Origin: Centroscyllium fabricii
Taxonomy: Eukaryota
Length of the DNA stretch: 64,000 nt
Direction: 5' to 3'
Assembly (NCBI GenBank): GCA_051313645.2
Contig: JBNRSN020000306.1
Span: 496,001 to 560,000 of the forward strand
Below the pieces are notes generated by a model. It had not been told where the DNA came from, made no database searches, and saw only the letters and a program-made list of their open reading frames with translations. The position numbers and the translations under genes were made by a program. Below, piece after piece: positions 35,604 to 49,773 of the stretch. Numbering within the stretch: position 1 is the stretch's first letter; the number at the start of each line of letters is the position of its first letter.

Positions 35604-37305
35604 TCTTGCTAACCAAAGCTCACAATCGTACTGTCATTGGCTGCAGTGCATCATTGCACCTCCTACAAATTCAATTTTCTTGCCCAAAATCCAGCCTGTG
35701 CAGCGCATTTCATTCACGAATCTAGATTGACTGCCTCAAACCGCCATCACTTCAGAAATATTCTCCCTTCCACAAATGACTTGCTCTTTAGCAGCAGCGT
35801 CAGTTTTCACAAATGCCGTGCCCCAACAATCTGTGTTGGATCTTCAACTTTTCTTCCTATATATGTTTGACTTGAATGGATCAGTAGAGCGCTGGAGATC
35901 GTAGTTTTATATCGCACAAAGTTAGACGATCGATTCTTACTGCAAATGGGAAATACAGGGAACCAAATGGACAGAGAGAGAAGAAGCAAGCCGAGAAAAC
36001 CAAGGCAAATCGTGTTCACTGTGCGCTAGTGTGATACCACCCACTTTGGAACAATGTAAGATATTTCGGAGTATTTTCTAAATAATGGGAAGTTATTAAC
36101 TGTTGAGGAGCAAAGAGATTTCTGAGTCCCGGTTCACAAATCATTATTAGCTGGTAGAAATGGAGGAAAATACATTCGAAAAATACGCGCATACGGGACG
36201 TTTAGCTACAGTTGAATCTCATGGTAGTAAAGGTCACATTTTTATCCTGGTTCGAAAATTGTTTGCTCGACAAGAGACACATTTTTCGGATAATGATCTG
36301 GTAATTTAATTGGCAGGATATTATGAGTGTTGACTCTGAGCGATCTCTTTTCGGGCCTCAACAATTTACCGATTTTTTTACGACTTATTGATGGGATTGA
36401 GAAGCTCCCATGATAGATTGAGGATAAAAAAATTAAAGGCGGCATTAGAAGCAGTTTAGATGGGAGCAATAAATTTGTCAAAATATTCATAGATTGATTG
36501 AAAGGGCAAATCCTTTGCAAATTGGTTTAAATATTATCAAGTGTGACGTAATCCACTTCGGATCTGAAAAGGTGCGTCTAGTACACACTCGTTATAATGT
36601 TAAGATGGAAAAAGTTGTGATCCGTAGTCTAAATGGTCCATGTACAAATATCATTAAATGGTCATGGACAGAAAAGATTCAAAAGACTATTTGAAAGGTG
36701 ATATGTTTCTCTGTGGAATTTCAATAGAAGAAGCAGTAATATGCCCCATCTACACAAAGCACATGAGAGACCACACCTGCGGTACTGTGTTCAGTTCTGG
36801 GCTTCACAACTGAGGAAGGTGGTCGTTGACATAAAGGTGGAGCCTAGGTTTACCACAATGATACAGAGTGTCAACGTCCAATGGAAGATTGCATAATCTA
36901 GGGTTATATTACCTGGAATTTAGAAGATTAAATGGGGAATTGATGGAAGTATTCACGATATTATGTGGAACTGATCGTGTCGATAGCGAGAAGCGATGTT
37001 TGATGATTGACCTTCCCGGGAGCCGGGAACATAGCCTCAAACATAGATACATGAATTGCAGGAGTGGAGTGAGTGTGACAGAAATTTCTAACACACTTCA
37101 GCAAACAACCCTTGAAGCTGGGTCAATTGTCAGTCTTGAGATTGAGAGATGTTTGTCAAACAAATGCATCAATGGAGCGTTCCAGCACAGATTTAATTAA
37201 ATGGCAGAGCGGCTCGAGGGGTTAAAAAGCCTCATCCTGTTGTTATTTTCATCGTTAAAGGATCAGAGCACGGATGCAGAGACGACCATCTCCGTTTAAA
37301 AGCAG

Positions 37306-37378
37306 CGCCCGAACAGGGACTTGAACCCTGGACCCTCAGATTAAAAGTCTGATGCTCTACCGACTGAGCTATCCGGGC
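37306..37378 (-). tRNA. tRNA-Lys(UUU), canonical
   Basis: Identical to the copy at 3434. Confidence 0.97.
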
Positions 37379-39070
37379 TCTTGCTAACCAAAGCTCACAA
37401 TCGTACTGTCATTGGCTGCAGTGCATCATTGCACCTCCTACAAATTCAATTTTCTTGCCCATAATCCAGCCTGTGCAGCGCAATTCATTCACGAATCTAG
37501 ATTGACTGCCTCAAACCGCCATCACTTCAGAAATATTCTCCCTTCCACAAATGACTTGCTCTTTAGCAGCAGCGTCAGTTTTCACAAATGCCGTGCCCCA
37601 GATATCTGTGTTGGATCTTCAACTTTTCTTCCTATGTATGTTTGACTTGAATGGATCAGTAGAGCGCTGGAGATCGTAGTTTTATATCGCACAAAGTTAG
37701 ACGATCGATTCTTACTGCAAATGGGAAATACAGGGAACCAAATGGACAGAGAGAGAAGAAGCAAGCCGAGAAAACCAAGGCAAATCGTGTTCACTGTGCG
37801 CTAGTGTGATACCACCCACTTTAAGATATTTCGGAGTATTTTCTAAATAATGGGAAGTTATTAACTGTTGAGGAGCAAAGAGATTTCTGAGTCCCGGTTC
37901 ACAAATCATTATTAGCTGGTAGAAATGGAGGAAAATACATTCGAAAAATACGCGCATACGGGACGTTTAGCTACAGTTGAATCTCATGGTAGTAAAGGTC
38001 ACATTTTTATCCTGGTTCGAAAATTGTTTGCTCGACAAGAGACACATTTTTCGGATAATGATCTGGTAATTTAATTGGCAGGATATTATGAGTGTTGACT
38101 CTGAGCGATCTCTTTTCGGGCCTCAACAATTTACCGATTTTTTTACGACTTATTGATGGGATTGAGAAGCTCCCATGATAGATTGAGGATAAAAAAATTA
38201 AAGGCGGCATTAGAAGCAGTTTAGATGGGAGCAATAAATTTGTCAAAATATTCATAGATTGATTGAAAGGTCAAATCCTTTGCAAATTGATTTAAATATT
38301 ATCAAGTGTGACGTCATCCACTTCGGATCTGAAAAGGAGCGTCTAGTACACACTCGTTATAATGTTAAGATGGAAAAAGTTGTGATCCGTAGTCTAAATG
38401 GTCCATGTACAAATATCATTAAATGGTCATGGACAGAAAAGATTCAAAAGACTATTTGAAAGGTGATATGTTTCTCTGTGGAATTTCAATAGAAGAAGCA
38501 GTAATATGCCCCATCTACACAAAGCACATGAGAGACCACACCTGCGGTACTGTGTTCAGTTCTGGGCTTCACAACTGAGGAAGGTGGTCGTTGGCATAAA
38601 GGTGGAGCCTAGGTTTACCACAATGATACAGAGTGTCAACGTCCAATGGAAGATTGCATAATCTAGGGTTATATTACCTGTAATTTAGAAGATTAAATGG
38701 GGAATTGATGGAAGTATTCACGATATTATGTGGAACTGATCGTGTCGATAGCGAGAAGCGATGTTTGATGATTGACCTGCCCGGGAGCCCGGAACATAGC
38801 CTCAAACATAGTTACATGAATTGCAGGAGTGGAGTGAGTGTGACAGAAATTTCTATCACACTTCAGCAAACAACCCTTGAAGCTGGGTCAATTGTCAATC
38901 TTGAGATTGAGAGATGTTTGTCAAACAAATGCTTCAATGGAGCGTTCCAGCACAGATTTAATTAAATGGCAGAGCGGCTCGAGGGGTTAAAAAGCCTCAT
39001 CCTGTTGTTATTTTCAACGTTAAAGGATCAGAGCACGGATGCAGAGACGACAATCCCCGTTTAAAAGCAG

Positions 39071-39143
39071 CACCCGAACAGGGGCTTGAACGCTGGACCC
39101 TCAGATTAAAAGTCTGATGCTCTACCGACTGAGCTATCCGGGC
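39071..39143 (-). pseudogene. tRNA-Lys(UUU) probable pseudogene (G52C, U60C, C72U)
   Basis: cacccgaacaggggcttgaacgctgg; T-arm / B-box region altered. Confidence 0.7.
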
Positions 39144-40835
39144 TCTTGCTAACCAAAGCTCACAATCGTACTGTCATTGGCTGCAGTGCATCATTGCACC
39201 TCCTGCAAATTCAATTTTCTTGCCCATAATCCAGCCTGTGCAGTGCATTTCATTCACGAATCTAGATTGACTGCCTCAAACCGCCATCACTTCAGAAATA
39301 TTCTCCCTTCCACAAACGACTTGCTCTTTAGCAGCAGCGTCAGTTTTCACAAATGCCGTGCCCCAGATACCTGTGTTGGATCTTCAACTTTTCTTCCTAT
39401 GTATGTTTGACTTGAATGGATCAGTAGAGCGCTGGAGATCGTAGTTTTATATCGCACAAAGTTAGACGATCGATTCTTACTGCAAATGGGAAATACAGGG
39501 AACCAAATGGACAGAGAGAGAAGAAGCAAGCCGAGAAAACCAAGGCAAATCGTGTTCACTGTGCGCTAGTGTGATACCACCCACTTTAAGATATTTCGGA
39601 GTATTTTCTAAATAATGGGAAGTTATTAACTGTTGAGGAGCAAAGAGATTTCTGAGTCCCGGTTCACAAATCATTATTAGCTGGTAGAAATGGAGGAAAA
39701 TACATTCGAAAAATACGCGCATACGGGACATTTAGCTACAGTTGAATCTCGTGGTAGTAAAGGTCACATTTTTATACTGGTTCGAAAATTGTTTGCTCGA
39801 CAAGAGACACATTTTTCGGATAATGATCTGGTAATTTAATTGGCAGGATATTATGAGTGTTGACTCTGAGCGATCTCTTTTCGGGCCTCAACAATTTACC
39901 GATTTTTTTACGACTTATTGATGGGATTGAGAAGCTCCCATGATAGATTGAGGATAAAAAAATTAAAGGCGGCATTAGAAGCAGTTTAGATGGGAGCAAT
40001 AAATTTGTCAAAATATTCATAGATTGATTGAAAGGGCAAATCCTTTGCAAATTGATTTAAATATTATCAAGTGTGACGTCATCCACTTCGGATCTGAAAA
40101 GGGGCGTCTAGTACACACTCGTTATAATGTTAAGATGGAAAAAGTTGTGATCCGTAGTCTAAATGGTCCATGTACAAATATCATTAAATGGTCATGGACA
40201 GAAAAGATTCAAAAGACTTTTTGAAAGGTGATATGTTTCTCTGTGGAATTTCAATAGAAGAAGCAGTAATATGCCCCATCTACACAAAGCACAGGAGAGA
40301 CCACACCTGCGGTACTGTGTTCAGTTCTGGGCTTCACAACTGAGGAAGGTGGTCGTTGGCATAAAGGTGGAGCCTAGGTTTACCACAATGATACAGAGTG
40401 TCAACGTCCAATGGAAGATTGCATAATCTAGTGTTATATTACCTGGAATTTAGAAGGTTAAATGGGGAATTGATGGAAGTATTCACGATATTATGTGGAA
40501 CTAATCGTGTCGATAGCGAGAAGCGATGTTTGATGATTGACCTGCCCGGGAGCCGGGAACATAGCCTCAAATATAGATACATGAATTGCAGGAGTGGAGT
40601 GAGTGTGACAGAAATTTCTATCACACTTCAGCAAACAACCCTTGAAGCTGGGTCAATTGTCAGTCTTGAGATTGAGAGATGTTTGTCAAACAAATGCATC
40701 AATGGAGCGTTCCAGCACAGATTTAATTAAATGGCAGAGCGGCTCGAGGGGTTAAAAAGCCTCATCCTGTTGTTATTTTCAACGTTAAAGGATCAGAGCA
40801 CGGATGCAGAGACGACAGTGCCCGTTTAAAAGCAG

Positions 40836-40908
40836 CACCCGAACAGGGACTTGAACCCTGGACACTCAGATTAAAAGTCTGATGCTCTACCGACTGAGCT
40901 ATCCAGGC
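40836..40908 (-). tRNA. tRNA-Lys(UUU), variant C4U, G45U, C72U
   Basis: Two extra G-U wobbles in the acceptor stem; function uncertain. Confidence 0.65.
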
Positions 40909-42600
40909 TCTTGCCAACCAAAGCTCACAATCGTACTGTCATTGGCTGCCGTGCATCATTGCACCTCCTACAAATTCAATTTTCTTGCCCATAATCCAGC
41001 CTGTGCAGTGCATATCATTCACGAATCTAGATTGACTGCCTCAAACCGCCATCACTTCAGAAATATTCTCCCTTCCACAAATGACTTGCTCTTTAGCAGC
41101 AGCGTCAGTTTTCACAAATGCCGTGCCCCAGATATCTGTGTTGGATCTTCAACTTTTCTTCATATGTATGTTTGACTTGAATGGATCAGTAGAGCGCTGG
41201 AGATCGTAGTTTTATATCGCACAAAGTTAGACGATCGATTCTTACTGCAAATGGGAAATACAGGGAACCAAATGGACAGAGAGAGAAGAAGCAAGCCGAG
41301 AAAACCAAGGCAAATCGTGTTCACTGTGCGCTAGTGTGATACCACCCACTTTAAGATATTTCGGAGTATTTTCTAAATAATGGGAAGTTATTAACTGTTG
41401 AGGAGCAAAGAGATTTCTGAGTCCCGGTTCACAAATCATTATTAGCTGGTAGAAATGGAGGAAAATACATTCGAAAAATACGCGCATACGGGACATTTAG
41501 CTACAGTTGAATCTCGTGGTAGTAAAGGTCACATTTTTATCCTGGTTCGAAAATTGTTTGCTCGACAAGAGACACATTTTTCGGATAATGATCTGGTAAT
41601 TTAATTGGCAGGATATTATGAGTGCTGACTCTGAGCGATCTCTTTTCGGGCCTCAACAATTTACCGATTTTTTTACGACTTATTGATGGGATTGAGAAGC
41701 TCCCATGATAGATTGAGGGTAAAAAAATTAAAGGCGGCATTAGAAGCAGTTTAGATGGGAGCAATACATTTGTCAAAATATTCATAGATTGATTGAAAGG
41801 GCAAATCCTTTGCAAATTGATTTAAATATTATCAAGTGTGACGTCATCCACTTCGGATCTGAAAAGGGGCGTCTAGTACACACTCGTTATAATGTTAAGA
41901 TGGAAAAAGTTGTGATCCGTAGTCTAAATGGTCCATGTACAAATATCATTAAATGGTCATGGACAGAAAAGATTCAAAAGACTATTTGAAAGGTGATATG
42001 TTTCTCTGTGGAATTTCAATAGAAGAAGCAGTAATATGCCCCATCTACACAAAGCACAGGAGAGACCACACCTGCGGTACTGTGTTCAGTTCTGGGCTTC
42101 ACACCTGAGGAAGGTGGTCGTTGGCATAAAGGTGGAGACTAGGTTTACCACAATGATACAGAGTGTCAACGTCCAATGGAAGATTGCATAATCTAGGGTT
42201 ATATTACCTGGAATTTAGAAGATTAAATGGGGAATTGATGGAAGTATTCACGATATTATGTGGAACTGATCGTGTCGATAGCGAGAAGCGATGTTTGATG
42301 ATTGACCTGCCCGGGAGCCGGGAACATAGCCTCAAACATAGATACATGAATTGCAGGAGTGGAGTGAGTGTGACAGAAATTTCTATCACACTTCAGCAAA
42401 CAACCTTTGAAGCTGGGTCAACTGTCAGTCTTGAGATTGAGAGATGTTTGTCAAACAAATGCACCAATGGAGCGTTCCAGCACAGATTTAATTAAATGGC
42501 AGAGCGGCTCGAGGGGTTAAAAAGCCTCATCCTGTTGTTATTTTCAACGTTAAAGGATCAGAGCACGGATGCAGAGACGACAATCCCGGTTTAAAGGCAG

Positions 42601-42673
42601 CGCCCGAACAGGGACTTGAACCCTGGACCCTCAGATTAAAAGTCTGATGCTCTACCGACTGAGCTATCCGGGC
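42601..42673 (-). tRNA. tRNA-Lys(UUU), canonical body; terminator reduced to TTT
   Basis: Flank ttaaaggcag instead of ttaaaagcag. Confidence 0.93.
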
Positions 42674-44375
42674 TCTTGCTAACCAAGGCTCACAATCGTA
42701 CTGTCATTGGCTGCAGTGCATCATTGCACCTCCTACAAATTCAATTTTCTTGCCCATAATCCAGCCTGTGCAGTGCATTTCATTCACGAATCTAGATTGA
42801 CTGCCTCAAACCGCCATCACTTCAGAAATATTCTCCCTTCCACAAATGACTTGCTCTTTAGCAGCAGCGTCAGTTTTCACAAATGCCGTGCCCCAGATAT
42901 CTGTGTTGGATCTTCAACTTTTCTTCCTATGTATGTTTGACTTGAATGGATCAGTAGAGCGCTGGAGATCGTAGTTTTATATCGCACAAAGTTAGACGAT
43001 CGATTCTTACTGCAAATGGGAAATACAGGGAACCAAATGGACAGAGAGAGAAGAAGCAAGCCGAGAAAACCAAGGCAAATCGTGTTCACTGTGCGCTAGT
43101 GTGATACCACCCACTTTGGAACAAAGTAAGATATTTCGGAGTATTTTCTAAATAATGGGAAGTTATTAACTGTTGAGGAGCAAAGAGATTTCTGAGTCCC
43201 GGTTCACAAATCATTATTAGCTGGTAGAAATGGAGGAAAATACATTCGAAAAATACGCGCATACGGGACATTTAGCTACAGTTGAATCTCGTGGTAGTAA
43301 AGGTCACATTTTTATTCTGGTTCGAAAATTGTTTGCTCGACAAGAGACACATTTTTCGGATAATGATCTGGTAATTTAATTGGCAGGATATTATGAGTGT
43401 TGACTCTGAGCGATCTCTTTTCGGGCCTCAACAATTTACCGATTTTTTTACGACTTATTGATGGGATTGAGAAGCTCCCATGATAGATTGAGGGTAAAAA
43501 AATTAAAGGCGGCATTAGAAGCAGTTTAGATGGGAGCAATACATTTGTCAAAATATTCATAGATTGATTGAAAGGGCAAATCCTTTGCAAATTGATTTAA
43601 ATATTATCAAGTGTGACGTCATCCACTTCGGATCTGAAAAGGGGCGTCTAGTACACACTCGTTATAATGTTAAGATGGAAAAAGTTGTGATCCGTAGTCT
43701 AAATGGTCCATGTACAAATATCATTAAATGGTCATGGACAGAAAAGATTCAAAAGACTATTTGAAAGGTGATATGTTTCTCTGTGGAATTTCAATAGAAG
43801 AAGCAGTAATATGCCCCATCTACACAAAGCACAGGAGAGACCACACCTGCGGTACTGTGTTCAGTTCTGGGCTTCACACCTGAGGAAGGTGGTCGTTGGC
43901 ATAAAGGTGGAGCCTAGGTTTACCACAATGATACAGAGTGTCAACGTCCAATGGAAGATTGCATAATCTAGGGTTATATTACCTGGAATTTAGAAGATTA
44001 AATGGGGAATTGATGGAAGTATTCACGATATTATGTGGAACTGATCGTGTCGATAGCGAGAAGCGATGTTTGATGATTGACCTGCCCGGGAGCCGGGAAC
44101 ATAGCCTCAAACATAGATACATGAATTGCAGGAGTGGAGTGAGTGTGACAGAAATTTCTATCACACTTCAGCAAACAACCTTTGAAGCTGGGTCAATTGT
44201 CAGTCTTGAGATTGAGAGATGTTTGTCAAACAAATGCATCATTGGAGCGTTCCAGCACAGATTTAATTAAATGGCAGAGCGGCTCGAGGGGTTAAAAAGC
44301 CTCATCCTGTTGTTATTTTCATCGTTAAAGGATCAGAGCACGGATGCAGAGACGACAATCCCCGTTTAAAAGCAG

Positions 44376-44448
44376 CGCCCGAACAGGGACTTGAACCCTG
44401 GACCCTCAGATTAAAAGTCTGATGCTCTACCGACTGAGCTATCCGGGC
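44376..44448 (-). tRNA. tRNA-Lys(UUU), canonical
   Basis: Identical to the copy at 3434. Confidence 0.97.
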
Positions 44449-46150
44449 TCTTGCTAACCAAAGCTCACAATCGTACTGTCATTGGCTGCAGTGCATCATT
44501 GCACCTCCTACAAATTCAATTTTCTTGCCCATAATCCAGCCTGTGCAGCGCATTTCATTCACGAATCTAGATTGACTGCCTCAAACCGGCATCACTTCAG
44601 AAATATTCTCCCTTCCACAAATGACTTGCTCTTTAGCAGCAGCGTCAGTTTTCACAAATGCCGTGCCCCAGATATCTGTGTTGGATCTTCAACTTTTCTT
44701 CCTATGTATGTTTGACTTGAATGGATCAGTAGAGCGCTGGAGATCGTAGTTTTATATCGCACAAAGTTAGAGGATCGATTCTTACTGCAAATGGGAAATA
44801 CAGGGAACCAAATGGACAGAGAGAGAAGAAGCAAGCCGAGAAAACCAAGGCAAATCGTGTTCACTGTGCGCTAGTGTGATACCACCCACTTTGGAACAAA
44901 GTAAGATATTTCGGAGTATTTTCTAAATAATGGGAAGTTATTAACTGTTGAGGAGCAAAGAGATTTCTGAGTCCCGGTTCACAAATCATTATTAGCTGGT
45001 AGAAATGGAGGAAAATACATTCGAAAAATACGCGCATACGGGACATTTAGCTACAGTTGAATCTCGTGGTAGTAAAGGTCACATTTTTATCCTGGTTCGA
45101 AAATTGTTTGCTCGACAAGAGACACATTTTTCGGATAATGATCTGGTAATTTAATTGGCAGGATATTATGAGTGCTGACTCTGAGCGATCTCTTTTCGGG
45201 CCTCAACAATTTACCGATTTTTTTACGACTTATTGATGGGATTGAGAAGCTCCCATGATAGATTGAGGGTAAAAAAATTAAAGGCGGCATTAGAAGCAGT
45301 TTAGATGGGAGCAATACATTTGTCAAAATATTCATAGATTGATTGAAAGGGCAAATCCTTTGCAAATTGATTTAAATATTATCAAGTGTGACGTCATCCA
45401 CTTCGGATCTGAAAAGGGGCGTCTAGTACACACTCGTTATAATGTTAAGATGGAAAAAGTTGTGATCCGTAGTCTAAATGGTCCATGTACAAATATCATT
45501 AAATGGTCATGGACAGAAAAGATTCAAAAGACTATTTGAAAGGTGATATGTTTCTCTGTGGAATTTCAATAGAAGAAGCAGTAATATGCCTCATCTACAC
45601 AAAGCACAGGAGAGACCACACCTGCGGTACTGTGTTCAGTTCTGGGCTTCACACCTGAGGAAGGTTGTCGTTGGCATAAAGGTGGAGCCTAGGTTTACCA
45701 CAATGATACAGAGTGTCAACGTCCAATGGAAGATTGCATAATCTAGGGTTATATTACCTGGAATTTAGAAGATTAAATGGGGAATTGATGGAAGTATTCA
45801 CGATATTATGTGGAACTGATCGTGTCGATAGCGAGAAGCGATGTTTGATGATTGACCTGCCCGGGAGCCGGGAACATAGCCTCAAACATAGATACATGAA
45901 TTGCAGGAGTGGAGTGAGTGTGACAGAAATTTCTATCACACTTCAGCAAACAACCTTTGAAGCTGGGTCAATTGTCAGTCTTGAGATTGAGAGATGTTTG
46001 TCAAACAAATGCATCATTGGAGCGTTCCAGCACAGATTTAATTAAATGGCAGAGCGGCTCGAGGGGTTAAAAAGCCTCATCCTGTTGTTATTTTCATCGT
46101 TAAAGGATCAGAGCACGGATGCAGAGACGACAATCCCCGTTTAAAAGCAG

Positions 46151-46223
46151 CGCCCGAACAGGGACTTGAACCCTGGACCCTCAGATTAAAAGTCTGATGC
46201 TCTACCGACTGAGCTATCCGGGC
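46151..46223 (-). tRNA. tRNA-Lys(UUU), canonical
   Basis: Identical to the copy at 3434. Confidence 0.97.
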
Positions 46224-47925
46224 TCTTGCTAACCAAAGCTCACAATCGTACTGTCATTGGCTGCAGTGCATCATTGCACCTCCTACAAATTCAATTTTCT
46301 TGCCCATAATCCAGCCTGTGCAGCGCATTTCATTCACGAATCTAGATTGACTGCCTCAAACCGGCATCACTTCAGAAATATTCTCCCTTCCACAAATGAC
46401 TTGCTCTTTAGCAGCAGCGTCAGTTTTCACAAATGCCGTGCCCCAGATATCTGTGTTGGATCTTCAACTTTTCTTCCTATGTATGTTTGACTTGAATGGA
46501 TCAGTAGAGCGCTGGAGATCGTAGTTTTATATCGCACAAAGTTAGAGGATCGATTCTTACTGCAAATGGGAAATACAGGGAACCAAATGGACAGAGAGAG
46601 AAGAAGCAAGCCGAGAAAACCAAGGCAAATCGTGTTCACTGTGCGCTAGTGTGATACCACCCACTTTGGAACAAAGTAAGATATTTCGGAGTATTTTCTA
46701 AATAATGGGAAGTTATTAACTGTTGAGGAGCAAAGAGATTTCTGAGTCCCGGTTCACAAATCATTATTAGCTGGTAGAAATGGAGGAAAATACATTCGAA
46801 AAATACGCGCATACGGGACATTTAGCTACAGTTGAATCTCGTGGTAGTAAAGGTCACATTTTTATCCTGGTTCGAAAATTGTTTGCTCGACAAGAGACAC
46901 ATTTTTCGGATAATGATCTGGTAATTTAATTGGCAGGATATTATGAGTGCTGACTCTGAGCGATCTCTTTTCGGGCCTCAACAATTTACCGATTTTTTTA
47001 CGACTTATTGATGGGATTGAGAAGCTCCCATGATAGATTGAGGGTAAAAAAATTAAAGGCGGCATTAGAAGCAGTTTAGATGGGAGCAATACATTTGTCA
47101 AAATATTCATAGATTGATTGAAAGGGCAAATCCTTTGCAAATTGATTTAAATATTATCAAGTGTGACGTCATCCACTTCGGATCTGAAAAGGGGCGTCTA
47201 GTACACACTCGTTATAATGTTAAGATGGAAAAAGTTGTGATCCGTAGTCTAAATGGTCCATGTACAAATATCATTAAATGGTCATGGACAGAAAAGATTC
47301 AAAAGACTATTTGAAAGGTGATATGTTTCTCTGTGGAATTTCAATAGAAGAAGCAGTAATATGCCTCATCTACACAAAGCACAGGAGAGACCACACCTGC
47401 GGTACTGTGTTCAGTTCTGGGCTTCACACCTGAGGAAGGTTGTCGTTGGCATAAAGGTGGAGCCTAGGTTTACCACAATGATACAGAGTGTCAACGTCCA
47501 ATGGAAGATTGCATAATCTAGGGTTATATTACCTGGAATTTAGAAGATTAAATGGGGAATTGATGGAAGTATTCACGATATTATGTGGAACTGATCGTGT
47601 CGATAGCGAGAAGCGATGTTTGATGATTGACCTGCCCGGGAGCCGGGAACATAGCCTCAAACATAGATACATGAATTGCAGGAGTGGAGTGAGTGTGACA
47701 GAAATTTCTAACACACTTCAGCAAACAACCCTTGAAGCTGGGTCAATTGTCAGTCTTGAGATTGAGAGATGTTTGTAAAACAAATGCATCAATGGAGCGT
47801 TCCAGCACAGATTTAATTAAATGGCAGAGCGGCTCGAGGGGTGAAAAAGCCTCATCCTGTTGTTATTTTCATCGTTAAAGGATCAGAGCACGGATGCAGA
47901 GACGACAATCTCCGTTTAAAAGCAG

Positions 47926-47998
47926 CGCCCGAACAGGGACTTGAACCCTGGACCCTCAGATTAAAAGTCTGATGCTCTACCGACTGTGCTATCCGGGC
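47926..47998 (-). tRNA. tRNA-Lys(UUU), variant U12A (D-stem mismatch)
   Basis: gactgtgct vs gactgagct. Confidence 0.7.
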
Positions 47999-49700
47999 TC
48001 TTGCTAACCAAAGCTCACAATCGTACTGTCATTGGCTGCAGTGCATCATTGCACCTCCTACATATTCAATTTTCTTGCCCATAATCCAGCCTGTGCAGTG
48101 CATTTCTCCCACGAATCTAGATTGACGGCCTCAAACCGCCATCACTTCAGAAATATTCTCCCTTCCACAAATGACTTGCTCTTTAGCAGCAGTGTCAGTT
48201 TTCACAAATGCCGTGCCCCAGATATCTGTGTTGGATCTTCAACTTTTCTTCCTATGTATGTTTGACTTGAATGGATCAATAGAGCGCTGGAGATCGTAGT
48301 TTTATATCGCACAAAGTTAGACGATCGATTCTTACTGCAAATGGGAAATACAGGGAACCAAATGGACAGAGAGAGAAGAAGCAAGCCGAGAAAACCAAGG
48401 CAAATCGTGTTCACTGTGCGCTAGTGTGATACCACCCACTTTGGAACAAAGCAAGATATTTCGGAGTATTTTCTAAATAATGGGAAGTTATTAACTGTTG
48501 AGGAGCAAAGAGATTTCTGAGTCCCAGTTCACAAATCATTATTAGCTGGTAGACATGGAGCAAAATACATTCGAAAAATACGGGCATACGGGACTTTTAG
48601 CTACAGTTGAATCTCGTGGTAGTAAAGGTCACATTTTTATCCTGGTTCGAAAATTGTTTGCTCGACAAGAGACACATTTTTCGGATAATGATCTGGTAAT
48701 TTAATTGGCAGGATATTATGAGTGTTGACTCTGAGCGATCTCTTTTCGGGCCTCAACAATTTACCGATTTTTTTATGACTTATTGATGGGATTGAGAAGC
48801 TCCCATGATAGATTGAGGATAAAAAAATTAAAGGCGGCATTAGAAGCAGTTTGGAAGGGAGCAATAAATTTGTCAAAATATTCATAGATTGATTGAAAGG
48901 GCAAATCCTTTGCAAATTGATTTAAATATTATCAAGTGTGACGTCATCCACTTCGGATCTGAAAAGGGGCGTCTAGTACACACTCGTTATAATGTTAAGA
49001 TGGAAAAAGTTGTGATCCGTAGTCTAAATGGTCCATGTACAAATATCATTAAATGGTCATGGACAGAAAAAATTCAAAAGACTATTTGAAAGGTGATATG
49101 TTTCTCTGTGGAATTTCAATAGAAGAAGCAGAAATATGCCCCGTCTACACAAAGCACAGGAGAGACCACACCTGCGGTACTGTGTTCAGTTCTGGGCTTC
49201 ACACCTGAGGAAGGTGGTCGGTGGCATAAAGGTGGAGCCTAGGTTTACCAGAATGATACAGAGTGTCAACGTCCAATGGAAGATTGCATAATCTAAGGTT
49301 ATAATACCTGGAATTTAGAAGATTAAATGTGGAATTGATGGAAGTATTCACGATATTATGTGGAACTGATCGTGTCGATAGCGAGAAGCGATGTTTGCTG
49401 ATTGACCTGCCCGGGAGCCGGGAACATAGCCTCAAACATAGATACATGAATTGTAGGAGTGGAGTGAGTGTGACAGAAATGTCTAACACACTTCAGCAAA
49501 CAACCCTTGAAGCTGGATCAATTGTCACTCTTGAGATTGAGAGATGTTTGTCAAACAAATGCATCAATGGAGCGTTCCAGCACAGATTTAATTAAATGGC
49601 AGAGCGGCTCGAGGGGTTAAAAAGTCTCATCCTGTTGTTATTTTCATCGTTAAAGGATCAGAGCACGGATTCAGAGACGACAATCTCCGTTTAAAAACAG

Positions 49701-49773
49701 CGCCCGAACAGGGACTTGAACCCTGGACCCTCAGATTAAAAGTCTGATGCTTTACCGACTGAGCTATCCGGGC
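49701..49773 (-). tRNA. tRNA-Lys(UUU), variant G22A (D-stem mismatch)
   Basis: gatgctttacc vs gatgctctacc. Confidence 0.7.
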
